Assembly (NCBI GenBank): GCA_035538015.1
Contig: DATLLC010000279.1
Span: 1-57,392, forward strand
Source of the DNA: Vicinamibacterales bacterium
GTDB taxonomy: Bacteria; Acidobacteriota; Vicinamibacteria; Vicinamibacterales; UBA2999
Length of the DNA: 57,392 nt
Reading direction: 5' to 3'
Under the pieces are notes generated by a model. That model searched no databases. It was not told where the DNA came from and worked only from the letters and a program-made list of their open reading frames with translations. The position numbers and the translations under genes were made by a program. Positions 46,712-57,392 of this stretch are shown piece by piece; positions within the stretch are counted from its first letter, which is position 1; each line of letters begins with the position of its first letter.

Positions 46712-47734
46712 ATGCCACGTGCTTCCGGTCTGATCGCGCTCTGCGCCTCAGCCGTTCTCGTCTCCGCCGCAGCTCCACGCGCCCAGGCGTCGCGCACCCA
46801 TCGCCTCGAGGCCACGCCGTCGAGCGTGGCGTACGGCTACTACTGGTCGGAGGCCAAGCCCGTGCTGCGCATCCAGTCAGGCGACATCCTGGACGTGGAT
46901 ACGCTGCTGACCTCGACCCCCGATCGCCTGGAGAAGGCCGGCGTGAAGCCCGATGACGTGCAGGCCTCCCTCCGCGCCATCGTCTCGTCCGTGACCGACC
47001 GTGGGCCAGGTGGACACATCTTGACGGGACCCGTCTTCGTGGAGGGCGCCGCCCCTGGTGATGCCCTCGAAGTGCAGGTCGTGTCGATTGACCTCCCGAT
47101 CGCCTACGGCTACAACGGCTGCAGCGGGTTCATTCGCGAGAATTGCGATCAGGGCCGGCCCATCGCCATCATTCCCCTGGACCGCACGCGCATGATCGGC
47201 ACGTTTCGGCCGGGCATCGAGATTCCGCTGAGGCCCTTCTTTGGCAGCATGGGCGTGGCGCCGCCGCCAGCCGCCGGGCGGATCAGCAGCAGCCCGCCGG
47301 GCATACACGCGGGGAACCTGGACAACAAGGAACTGGTGGCGGGCACGACGCTCTGGATCCCGGTGCACGTCCCGGGAGCGCTCTTCGAGATCGGAGACGG
47401 CCACGCCGCGCAAGGTGACGGCGAGGTGGATCAGACGGCCATCGAGACGTCGCTCCGCGGACGCGTGCGGCTCACCGTACGCAAGGGCTTGACACTGAAG
47501 TGGCCGCGCGCCGAAACCCCAGCCCACTACATCAGCATGGGCACCGACGTAGACCTGACGGCCGCCACGCGGATCGCCATTCAGGAAATGGTGGACTTCC
47601 TCACGGCGGCCAAGAAGCTCGACCGTCACGCGGCGTATCAGCTGACCAGCCTCGCCGGCGATGTCGCGATCACACAACTCGTCGACGGAACCATGGGGGT
47701 CCACGTGAAGATGCCGAAGAGCGTGTTCAAGTAG
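46712..47734 (+). CDS. Acetamidase/formamidase-family amidase, secreted
   Basis: I chose ATG 46712 because GAGG lies 6 nt upstream. It has a signal peptide. The core is GHILTGPVFVEGAAPGDALEV...HAGNLDNKELVAGTTLWIPV...FEIGDGHAAQGDGEV. Confidence 0.85.
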   Translation: MPRASGLIALCASAVLVSAAAPRAQASRTHRLEATPSSVAYGYYWSEAKPVLRIQSGDILDVDTLLTSTPDRLEKAGVKPDDVQASLRAIVSSVTDRGPGGHILTGPVFVEGAAPGDALEVQVVSIDLPIAYGYNGCSGFIRENCDQGRPIAIIPLDRTRMIGTFRPGIEIPLRPFFGSMGVAPPPAAGRISSSPPGIHAGNLDNKELVAGTTLWIPVHVPGALFEIGDGHAAQGDGEVDQTAIETSLRGRVRLTVRKGLTLKWPRAETPAHYISMGTDVDLTAATRIAIQEMVDFLTAAKKLDRHAAYQLTSLAGDVAITQLVDGTMGVHVKMPKSVFK

Positions 47735-47783
47735 GGTGCGGACGGGTGCGGACAGGTGCGATTGGGTGCGGACAGGTGCGATT
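47734..47783 (+). repeat. Tandem repeat: GGGTGCGGAC followed by a perfect duplication of the 20-mer GGGTGCGGACAGGTGCGATT
   Basis: The 20-mer copies at 47744..47763 and 47764..47783 are identical, and 47734..47743 is a half-unit. The first nt belongs to the upstream TAG stop. The GTG start 47776 of the next gene lies inside the second copy. Confidence 0.9.
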
Positions 47784-48231
47784 TTTCGTCTTGATTGTGG
47801 CATTCGTGGCGGGCTGTTCGCCGGCTGCGCCGCCACCAGGGTCTGAGACGGCGGTGGCGCCGCAGGATGCGCAGCACGCCGGCATCACCGAGCCACACGG
47901 CGATCACACGCCCCATCACGGCGGGCTGGTGCTGATGAACGGAGACGTGCACTACGAAGTGGTCATGGATCCGGCGGGAAAGTACGAAGTGTGGTTCAGC
48001 GATGCCGTGCGGACGGAGTTGCCGGCCTCGGTGGCCGAGAAGGCCCGCGTCGAAGTCACGCGCCCGGGGGGCGCTACTGAAACACTGGCGCTCGCAATCG
48101 ACGAGTCCGGCGAGAGCTGGATCGGTACGGGTCGGCCCGTGACCGGCGAGGGGGTGATGGTGAAGGTCACCTACGCGCTGAAAGGCGCGCCGAGCGAAGT
48201 CGAGATTCCGTTCGTCGCCGCCAGGCGCTGA
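47776..48231 (+). CDS. Small lipoprotein with a His-rich segment
   Basis: The GTG start gives VRFFVLIVAFVAG-C (lipobox), 151 aa. It is followed by HAGITEPHGDHTPHHGG. I recognise no family. Confidence 0.5.
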   Translation: MRFFVLIVAFVAGCSPAAPPPGSETAVAPQDAQHAGITEPHGDHTPHHGGLVLMNGDVHYEVVMDPAGKYEVWFSDAVRTELPASVAEKARVEVTRPGGATETLALAIDESGESWIGTGRPVTGEGVMVKVTYALKGAPSEVEIPFVAARR

Positions 48232-48254
48232 CCCCTGGCGCAGGGGAGCATCCC

Positions 48255-49826
48255 ATGTCGAAGGCCCGCGTCCGACCGCTGGTTCTGCTGTTCGTCTCGC
48301 TCGTCTTCGTGTCGGTCGGCGCCCAGGCGCCGGCGGCGCCGCCCAACATCGACGCGATGGTCGAACGCGTCCGCTCCACTTTCGACGTGCCCGGCATCAG
48401 CCTCGCCGTCGTCAAGGACGACAAGGTGGTGGTCGCGCGCGGCTTTGGCGTGCGCAAGCTCGGCGACCCTGCGCCCGTGGATGGCCGCACCCTCTTCGGC
48501 ATCGCCTCCAACAGCAAGGTCTTCACCGCCGCGGCGCTGGGCATCCTCGTCGAAGAGGGCCAAGTGGCGTGGGACGCGCCGGTGATCCGCTACCTGCCGT
48601 GGTTCCAGCTGTCGGACCCGTACGTCACGCGCGAGCTGACGGTGCGCGACCTGCTGGTGCACCGGAGCGGCCTTGGCCTGGGCGCCGGCGACCTCCTGTG
48701 GTGGCCGCCGTCCACCTATACCCGCCGCGAAATCGCCGAGCGGCTGCGCTTCGTCCCGCTCGAGACCAGCTTCCGCAGTGCCTACGCCTACGACAACGTG
48801 CTGTATCTCGTGGCCGGCGAGGTGATCGAGACGCTGAGCGGGCTGAAGTGGGAGGACTTTATCCGTACCCGGATCCTGGCGAAGGTCGGGATGGGCACGT
48901 CCCACCCGCGATTCGACACCACCGTCAACGCCGGTAATGTGGCCACGCCGCACGCGCGCGTCGACGAGCGCGTACGGGTCGTCCAGCCGTTTGCCTCCGA
49001 CAACACCAATCCGGCCGGCGGCATCCTGTCGAACGCCGAGGACATGGCGAAGTGGATGCGGGTCCTGCTGCGCCGCGGCCGGCTCGAGGACGGCACACGC
49101 CTGTTTTCGGAGGCCACGTGGCGCGAGATCTCGTCCCTCGTCACGCCGATGCCGAACTCGGATCCACCGCTGGAGCTGGCGCCGCTCGCCAGCTTCGTCC
49201 AGGGCTACGCACTGGGATTGAACGTGCGCGAGTACCGCGGCCACGGCGCGCTCACGCACACCGGCGGCCTGGTCGGGCTCGTGTCACGGGTGCTCCTGAT
49301 ACCGGACATCGGGCTCGGCGTCTCGGTGCTCACCAACCAGGAGTCGGGCGAGGCGTTCAACGCCCTCGCCTATTCGGTGGCGGATCACTATCTCAAAGCC
49401 CCACCCGTGGACTGGGTGGCGCAATTCGCCGCGGTGCGAGCGCGGAACCTCGCCCGGTTAGCCGATGCGGAGCTGAAGTCCACCCAGGCTCGCGACGCCT
49501 CGTCGAAGCCGTCGCTGCCGCTGGCCAAGTACGCCGGCACGTATACCGACGCCTGGTACGGCGACATCGAGATCGCCGAAGCCTCCGGACGGCTGTCGAT
49601 CCGCTTCACGAAGACGCCGTCGCTCGCCGGCACGCTCGAGCACTGGCAGCACGACACGTTCGTCGCACGGTGGACCGATCGCGAGCTGCGCGCCGACGCA
49701 TTCGTCACGTTTGCGCTCGAGCCGGACGGTTCGATCGAACGCGCGAAGATGCAGGCGGTGTCGCCGGCAACCGACTTCAGCTTCGACTTCCAGGATCTGA
49801 CGTTGGTGCCAAAGATTTCGAGATAG
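48255..49826 (+). CDS. Serine hydrolase of the beta-lactamase / PBP4* family (class C-type motifs), secreted
   Basis: 523 aa with a signal peptide. Motifs present: S-x-x-K (ASNSKVF), Y-x-N (YAYDNV), H-T-G (THTGGLVG). There is an extra C-terminal domain. GGGGAG lies upstream of the ATG. Confidence 0.85.
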   Translation: MSKARVRPLVLLFVSLVFVSVGAQAPAAPPNIDAMVERVRSTFDVPGISLAVVKDDKVVVARGFGVRKLGDPAPVDGRTLFGIASNSKVFTAAALGILVEEGQVAWDAPVIRYLPWFQLSDPYVTRELTVRDLLVHRSGLGLGAGDLLWWPPSTYTRREIAERLRFVPLETSFRSAYAYDNVLYLVAGEVIETLSGLKWEDFIRTRILAKVGMGTSHPRFDTTVNAGNVATPHARVDERVRVVQPFASDNTNPAGGILSNAEDMAKWMRVLLRRGRLEDGTRLFSEATWREISSLVTPMPNSDPPLELAPLASFVQGYALGLNVREYRGHGALTHTGGLVGLVSRVLLIPDIGLGVSVLTNQESGEAFNALAYSVADHYLKAPPVDWVAQFAAVRARNLARLADAELKSTQARDASSKPSLPLAKYAGTYTDAWYGDIEIAEASGRLSIRFTKTPSLAGTLEHWQHDTFVARWTDRELRADAFVTFALEPDGSIERAKMQAVSPATDFSFDFQDLTLVPKISR

Positions 49827-49834
49827 GCACAGGA

Positions 49835-49920
49835 GCGAATCTGTTGATCTCTTGATGTGAGGATCTCGTGATCCATCTTGAGATATGGAGATCTCGGGAT
49901 CTATCTGGGGACCTATCTGG
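49835..49920 (+). repeat. Dispersed GATC-dense 3'-flank element copy
   Basis: It starts 8 nt after TAG 49826 with GCGAATCTGTTGATCT. There are 5 GATC sites in 49846..49901, and GATCTATCT at 49898..49906. Confidence 0.8.
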
Positions 49921-49928
49921 CGAGCTTC

Positions 49929-50279
49929 TCAGTCCCGGTCCAGGTGGAAACGGTGCAGCACGTGGGTCGCGATGGGCGCTAGCACCAGGCCCACCGTCGC
50001 GATGAACACCACGCCGCAGTAGATCGCATAGGCACCGGCGAAGACCTTCACGGTGTCGTTGGTCAGGGGAGTCACGGGGCCCATACCGCCGAGCAGCATC
50101 GAGGCGTTGAGAAAGGCATCGATCCACGTCATCGGCGCCAGCCAGCGGTAGCCGACCATCCCAACCGCCAGCGAGACGGCCAGCCCCCCTCCAGAGATGG
50201 CTGCGTTCCGCGCCAGGTGCGACCGGAACCGCTGTCGCAGTTGCTCCGGGGTGACTTTCTCGCGGGGCGTCCTACTCAT
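49929..50279 (-). CDS. Small membrane protein, last gene of the MacB-type operon
   Basis: I chose the internal ATG at 50279 (MSRTPREKVTPEQL..), giving 116 aa with about 3 TM segments. Its start overlaps the stop of the upstream permease by 8 nt. Confidence 0.5.
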   Translation of the reverse strand: MSRTPREKVTPEQLRQRFRSHLARNAAISGGGLAVSLAVGMVGYRWLAPMTWIDAFLNASMLLGGMGPVTPLTNDTVKVFAGAYAIYCGVVFIATVGLVLAPIATHVLHRFHLDRD

Positions 50280-51609
50280 AGCGCAGCGAGTCGATGGGGT
50301 CCAGCCGCGATGCCCGGCGTGCGGGATAGTAGCCAAAGCCGATACCGACCGCGGCGGCGATGCCGAAGGCCAGCCCGATGGTCGGGGCCGTCACATGCGT
50401 CGGCCAGTCGAGCAGGGCGGTGAGCCCGCGCGCGGTGACGATGCCGGCGAGGACGCCCACCGCGCCGCCGATCAGGCTCATCACCAGCGCCTCGACCAGG
50501 AACTGGACGAGCACATCGCGCCGTCGGGCCCCGACCGCCAGACGCAACCCGATCTCCTTGGTCCGCTCGGTCACCGACACGAGCATGATGTTCATGATGC
50601 CGATGCCGCCCACGATGAGCGCGATACCGGCGATGCTGCCGAGCAGGGCCGTCATCGTGCCGCCCGCCCGGGCGAGCGTGCTCGACATCTCCTGCAGGGT
50701 CACCTCGTCGAGTTTGGCCATGTTCGCCAGCGCGAACGCCGCCACCGACGTGTAGAGGCCCTTCGTCACGTTCGCGGCCGCCTGCGTCTTCACGGTGAAG
50801 TCGTCGACGGTGCCGGCCGACCCGGGCCCCTGCAGCCCGCCGAGCCCCACCGCGCTGGACGTCTGGCGCCCCCGGGCATGGCGCTCTCGCAGCAACGTGG
50901 TGATGGCCTCTGCAATCAGCGTGGCTTCGCCCGCCTGTTCCACGGACACGGCGATCGTGTGCAGGTGCGGGATCGATTGCAGCTCCTGTCCAGCCCCCAG
51001 GGAGATGAACGCCGTCTCGTCCTGATCGGCATCGCTCGTCCGCACGACGCCGGCCACCGTGAACGCGCGCTCGCCGATCGTCACTCGCTCACCCGAAGCG
51101 CTGAAGCCCTCGCCGAAGAGCTCGGCCGCGGCGGTCCGTCCCAGCACGACCACGTCGTCTCGCGACGGGAACTCGCCCTCCAGAAAGGTCCAGCCGTGCA
51201 CGTCGGCCAGCGTCGGATCGGTGCCGCGCACCTGGCCGAAGAACTGACGGTGCGGCGCCTTCACCCATGTTCGGTTGCGCACCCCGCCGGCGACGTACTG
51301 GACGCCGTCGAGGCCGCGGATCGCATCGCGGTCCTCGACGGTGAGCGTCGTCGCCGAGCCCAGGCCGCTGGCGATGTTCATCGACTCGCCGCCCCGCGTG
51401 AAGTTCCCGGCGCTGACCAGAATGATGTTGGTGCCGGCCGACCGCAGGGAGCGCTCCACCGACGCTCGGGCACCACTCCCGAGCGCGACCATGGCGATGA
51501 CGGCCGCGACGCCGATGATCACGCCGAGCATGGTCAGCACGGTCCGCATGCGGTTGCGGCCCAGGGCGCGGAGGGCGATCTGTGTCGAAACGATGACGCG
51601 GCGCAGCAT
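50272..51609 (-). CDS. MacB-type ABC transporter permease (MacB periplasmic domain + FtsX)
   Basis: The internal ATG at 51609 (MLRRVIVSTQIALRALGRNRMRTVLTMLGVIIGVAAVIAM) gives 445 aa. The C-terminal FtsX region is GIGIMNIMLVSVTERTKEIGLRLAVGARRRDV...YYPARRASRLDPIDSLRYE. Confidence 0.85.
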   Translation of the reverse strand: MLRRVIVSTQIALRALGRNRMRTVLTMLGVIIGVAAVIAMVALGSGARASVERSLRSAGTNIILVSAGNFTRGGESMNIASGLGSATTLTVEDRDAIRGLDGVQYVAGGVRNRTWVKAPHRQFFGQVRGTDPTLADVHGWTFLEGEFPSRDDVVVLGRTAAAELFGEGFSASGERVTIGERAFTVAGVVRTSDADQDETAFISLGAGQELQSIPHLHTIAVSVEQAGEATLIAEAITTLLRERHARGRQTSSAVGLGGLQGPGSAGTVDDFTVKTQAAANVTKGLYTSVAAFALANMAKLDEVTLQEMSSTLARAGGTMTALLGSIAGIALIVGGIGIMNIMLVSVTERTKEIGLRLAVGARRRDVLVQFLVEALVMSLIGGAVGVLAGIVTARGLTALLDWPTHVTAPTIGLAFGIAAAVGIGFGYYPARRASRLDPIDSLRYE

Positions 51610-51650
51610 GTCTGGATGAACGCGGCCGGTGGTTCGGCCACCCCCGACCA

Positions 51651-53168
<1,518 letters not shown>

Positions 53169-53855
53169 GCTGCACGTCCGAGGTCACCTTGCCGTCGCGA
53201 AAGTCAATCGTACGCGATCCGTAGGCGGCGATGTCGCGTTCGTGGGTGATGACGACGATCGTCAGCCCCCGCTCGCGCCTGAGGCGGGCGAAGATCTCCA
53301 TCACCTCGTGGCTGGTCGAGGTGTCGAGGTTGCCGGTCGGCTCGTCCGCCAGCAGCACCGACGGGCTGGCGACCAGCGCTCGTGCGATGGCCACGCGCTG
53401 CTGCTGCCCGCCGGAGAGCTGGTTGGGATGGTGCTCGGCGCGGTCGGTGAGGCCCACCGCGTCGAGCGCCTCCATGGCCTTGCGGCGGCGCTCCGCGGTC
53501 TTGACCACGCCCTTTCGGGTATACAGCAGCGGCAGCTCGACGTTCTCCACGGCCGACGTCCGGGCCAGCAAGTTGAAGCCCTGGAACACGAAGCCGAGCA
53601 TCTCGTTGCGGACGCGCGCCAGTTCATCAGGGGGCAGCGTCGACACGTCACGGCCGTTCATCAGGAACAGCCCCGTGGTCGGCCGGTCCAGACACCCCAG
53701 GATGTGCATGAAGGTGGACTTGCCCGAACCGGACGGCCCGACGATGGTGACGAACTCGCCGGCGTCGATGCCGAGCGAAACACCGCGGAGCGCGTGGACG
53801 AGATGATCGCCCACGCGGTACTCCTTGGTCAGGTCGCGCGTTTCCAGGAGCGGCA

Positions 53856-55544
53856 TCAGTTGGTGGTGGACTTGGCCGGCCCCGGCGGAATCTTGCCGGC
53901 GAACGCGTAGGCCATGGCCGCCACCACCTTCTCCGCTCCCGCCATGCCGTAGATCTTGCCGGCGCCCTCGATCACGTACCATTCGTTGGCCGCATGCGCG
54001 CCGCCGCCGTGGCCGCCGCCGCCGCCGACGATCGGCACCCCGGCGAAGGACGACACCTTCTCGCCCACGTCGCCGTTGCCGAACAGGTACGCCGGCCAGT
54101 AGCCGCCGGCGGCCGCGCCACCGCCGCCGATGCCCCACTCGTCTTTCAGCGCACCGTGAGGGATGTTCATTACCTCGTACGCGCGCTTGAGCGCGCGACC
54201 CGCGTCGTGTTCCGTGTTCATCTTCGCCCACGGCACGTCGCCGATCATCTTCACCTCGACGTCCTTGTAGCCATTCTTGTCCAGCTGCGCGCGCAGCTTC
54301 TTGACGATGTCCGGACCCTTCATGTTGGGCACGTAGCGGAAGTTGTGCTTCGAGGTGACCTTGTTGGGCAGGATGGCGCCGGCGCCGCCGGCGTACATGT
54401 TGCCGCCCCAGATGCCGTCGAGATTGAAGGACGTGCCGAAGCGCTGCATCTTCAGCATCGTGTAGGGGTCCTCCGAGATGTAGCGGGCCACGCCCACGTT
54501 GTCGGCCGCCACCTTCATCTCCGTCTTCTGCGCCGCCGTCTTCAGCTCCTCGTCCTGCCACTGGTCGATCGGCGCTCTTCCCTCGTGGAAGCCCTCGATG
54601 AGCGGCGTGTTCCCATCGTCGGACACGAGCGAGGCGAGCATCTTGATGTGGCGCCAGGCCGGGCTGTCCACGCTGCGCTTGTAGCTGCCGTGGATGTCCG
54701 ACACGGTTGGGCCGCGGCCCCAGGACTTGCCGCTGGTGGTGAGCTCGACGTAGACGCAGCCCTCCGAGCCACCACCGAAGCTGCCGCTACCGCCTGGCGA
54801 CTGGCCGCCGAAAAGCAGCATCGCGTCGGCGCCGGCCAGCAACTCGGGATGGTCCTTGACGAACTTGCGGAGCCCGATGTCCATGCGCTCCTCGTCGCCC
54901 TCGGCGACGAAGATCAGGTTGACCGGGAGCTTCCCGTGCACCGCCTTGATGGCGCGAAAGGCGTTCAACTGCGACATCTGCGGGCCCTTCGAGTTGGTGG
55001 CGCCGCGGCCGATGAGGACCTTCTTGTAGGGGGCCTGCTCCACGAGCCGGCCCTCGAAGGGCGGTGAGGTCCACGCGTCCGGCTGCGTGACCGGCATGGT
55101 GTCGTACATCCAGTAGATCATCAGCGTCTTCTCGGCGCCCTCGTCGCACTTCGCATAAACGACGGGATTGCCGGGCGAGCCGTACTCGGTGACGCCGACG
55201 TCGAAAATCTGCGTCTGCTGGCAACCCAGCTCGTCGAAGAAGCCCTTCACCATCTCGGCGGACTCCGGGATGCCCTCTCCAGAGTTCGAGATGCTGGGCT
55301 GCCGAATCCACTTCTGCAGGTTCTCGACGTGTTCGTCGATGTGCTCGTCGATGTAGGCGAAGACCTTCTGCACCTCGGGCGGCACCTGCGCGAGGTCCGG
55401 CTGGATTTCGGTGTCGCCGTCAGGCCGGACGTTCAGCTTGGCCGCGGCAGGCTTGGCCGCATCTGCCGGAGCCGTCGCCGGCGCGGGCTGCGCACAGCCA
55501 GCCGCCAGCGCCACCATCAACCCGATCGAACCCAGTCGTCGCAT
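53856..55544 (-). CDS. M20-family dipeptidase-like lipoprotein
   Basis: I chose ATG 55544 ([17 protein letters not shown], lipobox) because AGGAGA (55556..55551) lies 6 nt upstream. The core is WIRQPSISN...[25 protein letters not shown]...[10 protein letters not shown]...IFVAEGDEE. Confidence 0.85.
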   Translation of the reverse strand: MRRLGSIGLMVALAAGCAQPAPATAPADAAKPAAAKLNVRPDGDTEIQPDLAQVPPEVQKVFAYIDEHIDEHVENLQKWIRQPSISNSGEGIPESAEMVKGFFDELGCQQTQIFDVGVTEYGSPGNPVVYAKCDEGAEKTLMIYWMYDTMPVTQPDAWTSPPFEGRLVEQAPYKKVLIGRGATNSKGPQMSQLNAFRAIKAVHGKLPVNLIFVAEGDEERMDIGLRKFVKDHPELLAGADAMLLFGGQSPGGSGSFGGGSEGCVYVELTTSGKSWGRGPTVSDIHGSYKRSVDSPAWRHIKMLASLVSDDGNTPLIEGFHEGRAPIDQWQDEELKTAAQKTEMKVAADNVGVARYISEDPYTMLKMQRFGTSFNLDGIWGGNMYAGGAGAILPNKVTSKHNFRYVPNMKGPDIVKKLRAQLDKNGYKDVEVKMIGDVPWAKMNTEHDAGRALKRAYEVMNIPHGALKDEWGIGGGGAAAGGYWPAYLFGNGDVGEKVSSFAGVPIVGGGGGHGGGAHAANEWYVIEGAGKIYGMAGAEKVVAAMAYAFAGKIPPGPAKSTTN

Positions 55545-55580
55545 CACCAGTCTCCTTTGGGTCACCGTCGCAGACGGCAG

Positions 55581-55752
55581 CCCGGTTGCCTGATCCCGGT
55601 CTCCGTCTGCCGGTTGTGCCGGTTGCCGTCGGCCCGTTTCCGGCCCCCGTTCCCGTCTGCCGGCTGCCGGTTCCCGCTTGCCGGTTGCCGGTTCGTGCTT
55701 GCCGTCTGCCGGTTGCCGTCTGCCGCTTCCCGGTTGCCGGTTCCCGGTTCAC
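55581..55752 (+). repeat. Degenerate CCGGTTGCC / CCGTCTGCC / CCGGTTCCC repeat tract, almost A-free on the + strand
   Basis: About 170 nt contain a single A (in TGATCC) before TTCACCG at the end. It is built of short Y/G words. It lies between divergent starts 55544 (-) and 55813 (+). Confidence 0.9.
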
Positions 55753-55812
55753 CGTGTCTGGGTTCTACAGGTTCTCGGGGCGCGGGTCAACAGATCCTGC
55801 GGGTCCACGATA

Positions 55813-57075
55813 ATGCTGCGCGTGAGGCGGCGCGCGCGGATATCGATCGCATGCATGACCGGGATGCTCCTGGCGGGGTGCGGGCCCGCGCCCGGCCGGG
55901 CCGACCTCGACGCGATTGCATCTCGTTACATCCAGCTCGTGCAGGATCTGGCACGACACGACCCTTCACTGATCGACCACTGGCTCGTCGAGCCGCCCGC
56001 GGACCCAGCCGTCGGCCGGCAGCCGGTCGCGCTCTTGCGCGGCGCCGTGGATGCACTGGCGAGGGACGCGGACGCTGCCGTGCTCGACGTCGAGGGACTC
56101 GACCGCGAGCGCGCCGTGTGGCTGGCGGGCCAGGCCCACGCGTTACAGCTCGTCTCCGGGCGGCTCATGGGGGAATCGGTACCCTTCGATGCCGAGGCTC
56201 GCCTTGCCTTCGGCATTTCGCCGCGACGTGCCGATCGGTTCCGGGCCGACCGCGCTCACGAGGCGTTGGCGAGCGAGCTGCCGGGCGAAGGCACGCTGGC
56301 GATGCGCCTCGCCGCGTTCCGGGCCCGATTCCTGGTACCACTGGAGGCGCGCGACACGGTGATGCGTGCGGCGCTGGCCGCCTGTCGTGAGGCAACGGGA
56401 ACGGTCCTGGCGCTCCCGGCGGACGACTCGATCGAGGTGGCGTTTGTCGACGGCCTGCCCTGGGATGCGCACGCTCGCTATCTGGGTGCCCATCGCACGC
56501 GGATCGAGATCGATGGCAGCCAGCCGCTCGACCTGACGCGGGCGCTCCGGGTGGCCTGCCATGAAGGGGCGCCGGGCCATCACGCGCAGCACCTCTGGGT
56601 GGCCGACGAGCTCGTCGGCCAACGACGATGGCGCGAGCACGCGATGGTCACAGGGTTCGGGCCGGCCTTGCTGCTGGCCGAGGGGGGCGCGGAGGTCGGG
56701 GCCGACATGGCGATGCCCGCCGAGCGCCGTCAGGCCGTCTATCGCGAGCGGCTGGTCCCGGCTGCCGGGCTCGCGCACCTCACGGCACACGATCTCGACC
56801 GCCTCGTCCGCGTGGAGGAGGCGCAGGCCGCCCTCGAGCCCTTGATCGGGGACATCGCCCGCGAATACCTCGACAATCGCATCAACGCGACAACGGCCGC
56901 GGAACGGCTGGAACGGGAGGTGCTCTTGCCTGGAGCCGAGGCGTTCGTGTTCTTCATCGAGCGCCGCCGGACGCGGATCCTGGCCTATACCGACGGTCGC
57001 CGGCTTGTGCTCGAGCGCCTGGGCCAGACTGGCCTCTCCGGTCTGCACGCCGTGTTCGTGCCGCCTGCACCATAG
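55813..57075 (+). CDS. DUF885-like lipoprotein (HExxPGHH motif)
   Basis: These are the C-terminal 420 aa of ORF 55678..57075. The lipobox is MTGMLLAG-C, and the motif is CHEGAPGHHAQH. The alternative start GTG 55822 lies 7 nt after GATAAT (55809..55814). Confidence 0.65.
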   Translation: MLRVRRRARISIACMTGMLLAGCGPAPGRADLDAIASRYIQLVQDLARHDPSLIDHWLVEPPADPAVGRQPVALLRGAVDALARDADAAVLDVEGLDRERAVWLAGQAHALQLVSGRLMGESVPFDAEARLAFGISPRRADRFRADRAHEALASELPGEGTLAMRLAAFRARFLVPLEARDTVMRAALAACREATGTVLALPADDSIEVAFVDGLPWDAHARYLGAHRTRIEIDGSQPLDLTRALRVACHEGAPGHHAQHLWVADELVGQRRWREHAMVTGFGPALLLAEGGAEVGADMAMPAERRQAVYRERLVPAAGLAHLTAHDLDRLVRVEEAQAALEPLIGDIAREYLDNRINATTAAERLEREVLLPGAEAFVFFIERRRTRILAYTDGRRLVLERLGQTGLSGLHAVFVPPAP

Positions 57076-57083
57076 CCGACATC

Positions 57084-57150
57084 GCGCAGGACCCGAGAAC
57101 GCGAGACCCCCAGAACCTCAGAACCCCAGAACCCCCGAACCTCGCACACC
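57084..57150 (+). repeat. T-poor CAGAACC-word repeat, related to 9161..9236
   Basis: GCGCAGGACCCGAGAACGCGAGACCCCCAGAACCTCAGAACCCCAGAACCCCCGAACCTCGCACACC has 2 T in 67 nt. It shares GCGCAGGACCC and CGAGAACGCG with the 9.2-kb locus. Confidence 0.8.
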
Positions 57151-57155
57151 TCTGC

Positions 57156-57161
57156 TACAGT
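57156..57161 (+). promoter_or_regulatory. -10-like box TACAGT 7 nt upstream of ATG 57169
   Basis: TACAGT-CCTGTTC-ATG, with no SD. Confidence 0.4.
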
Positions 57162-57168
57162 CCTGTTC

Positions 57169-57392
57169 ATGCAATCGCTCTCGCGACTCACGACTGCGCT
57201 CGCGCTTGGCGTGGTCCTCATCGTCGTCGCCAACGTCATCTCGGTGGCTCGTCAGGCGGCGAAGTCACCCCGCGCTTATGTCCTGGTGCAGGTCGACGTC
57301 ACCAACGCGGCGCAATACGCGGAGTACGCGAAGCTGACGCCCGACATCATCGCCAAGTACGGGGGGCGCTTCCTGGCGCGGGGCGGGCGCAC
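57169..57392 (+). CDS. DUF1330-domain protein with an N-terminal TM/signal segment (3' end truncated by the window)
   Basis: My own translation: MQSLSRLTTALALGVVLIVVANVISVARQAAKSPRAYVLVQVDVTNAAQYAEYAKLTPDIIAKYGGRFLARGGR. The second half matches the DUF1330 pattern (AY.i..v.VtD...Y.eY......kyGGrfL.RGG). It is absent from the ORF track because there is no stop codon before the window ends. Confidence 0.7.
   Translation, partial: MQSLSRLTTALALGVVLIVVANVISVARQAAKSPRAYVLVQVDVTNAAQYAEYAKLTPDIIAKYGGRFLARGGR

Overview
This is a GC-rich chromosomal segment (roughly two-thirds G+C by eye). Its gene content looks like a soil bacterium: many DinB-superfamily proteins, MacB/FtsX permeases, signal-peptide amidohydrolases and peptidases, and a 1083-aa BNR/Asp-box protein. 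That mix fits Acidobacteriota or Gemmatimonadota, but this is inference only. I can support about 56 protein-coding genes and one clearly decayed pseudogene. I found no rRNA, tRNA, CRISPR array, transposase, integrase or phage genes. Most long ORFs in the six-frame track are off-frame or antisense shadows of real genes, which is expected at this GC content. Main content, left to right: Usp, M1 aminopeptidase, two amidohydrolases and a DAO-type flavoenzyme; a giant BNR protein; a stress and detoxification stretch (metallophosphoesterase, 2 DinB, split and fused ArsR-SRPBCC pairs, GNAT, AlkD-like, MerB-like, SodC); an RnfD-like/DUF2330 fusion; a minus-strand cluster of an RnfD-like-Sel1 protein, an FGE-like protein, a rhodanese, a CitE-like protein and an exported HpcH aldolase, facing a PQQ dehydrogenase and a cysteine-dioxygenase-like cupin; a MerR + VIT-vWA pair; cystathionine beta-synthase; and an M20-lipoprotein/ABC/MacB x2 operon. 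Observations most worth a second look: (1) A MerB-like gene has an in-frame TGA at the position of the MerB Cys159/Cys160 pair, a SECIS-like GGUC hairpin 11 nt downstream, and 74 further coding-like codons, making it a candidate selenoprotein. (2) A dispersed low-GC, GATC-dense element sits immediately 3' of four genes, always in the orientation of that gene. (3) Fourteen starts have a TAnnnT box 5-8 nt upstream and no Shine-Dalgarno sequence, which suggests leaderless mRNAs. (4) Locus-specific tandem arrays and strand-skewed tracts occupy several 5' regions. (5) Two orphan RnfD/NqrB-like membrane domains are each fused to a Cys-containing exported domain. All homology statements come from motif recognition and memory, not from searches.
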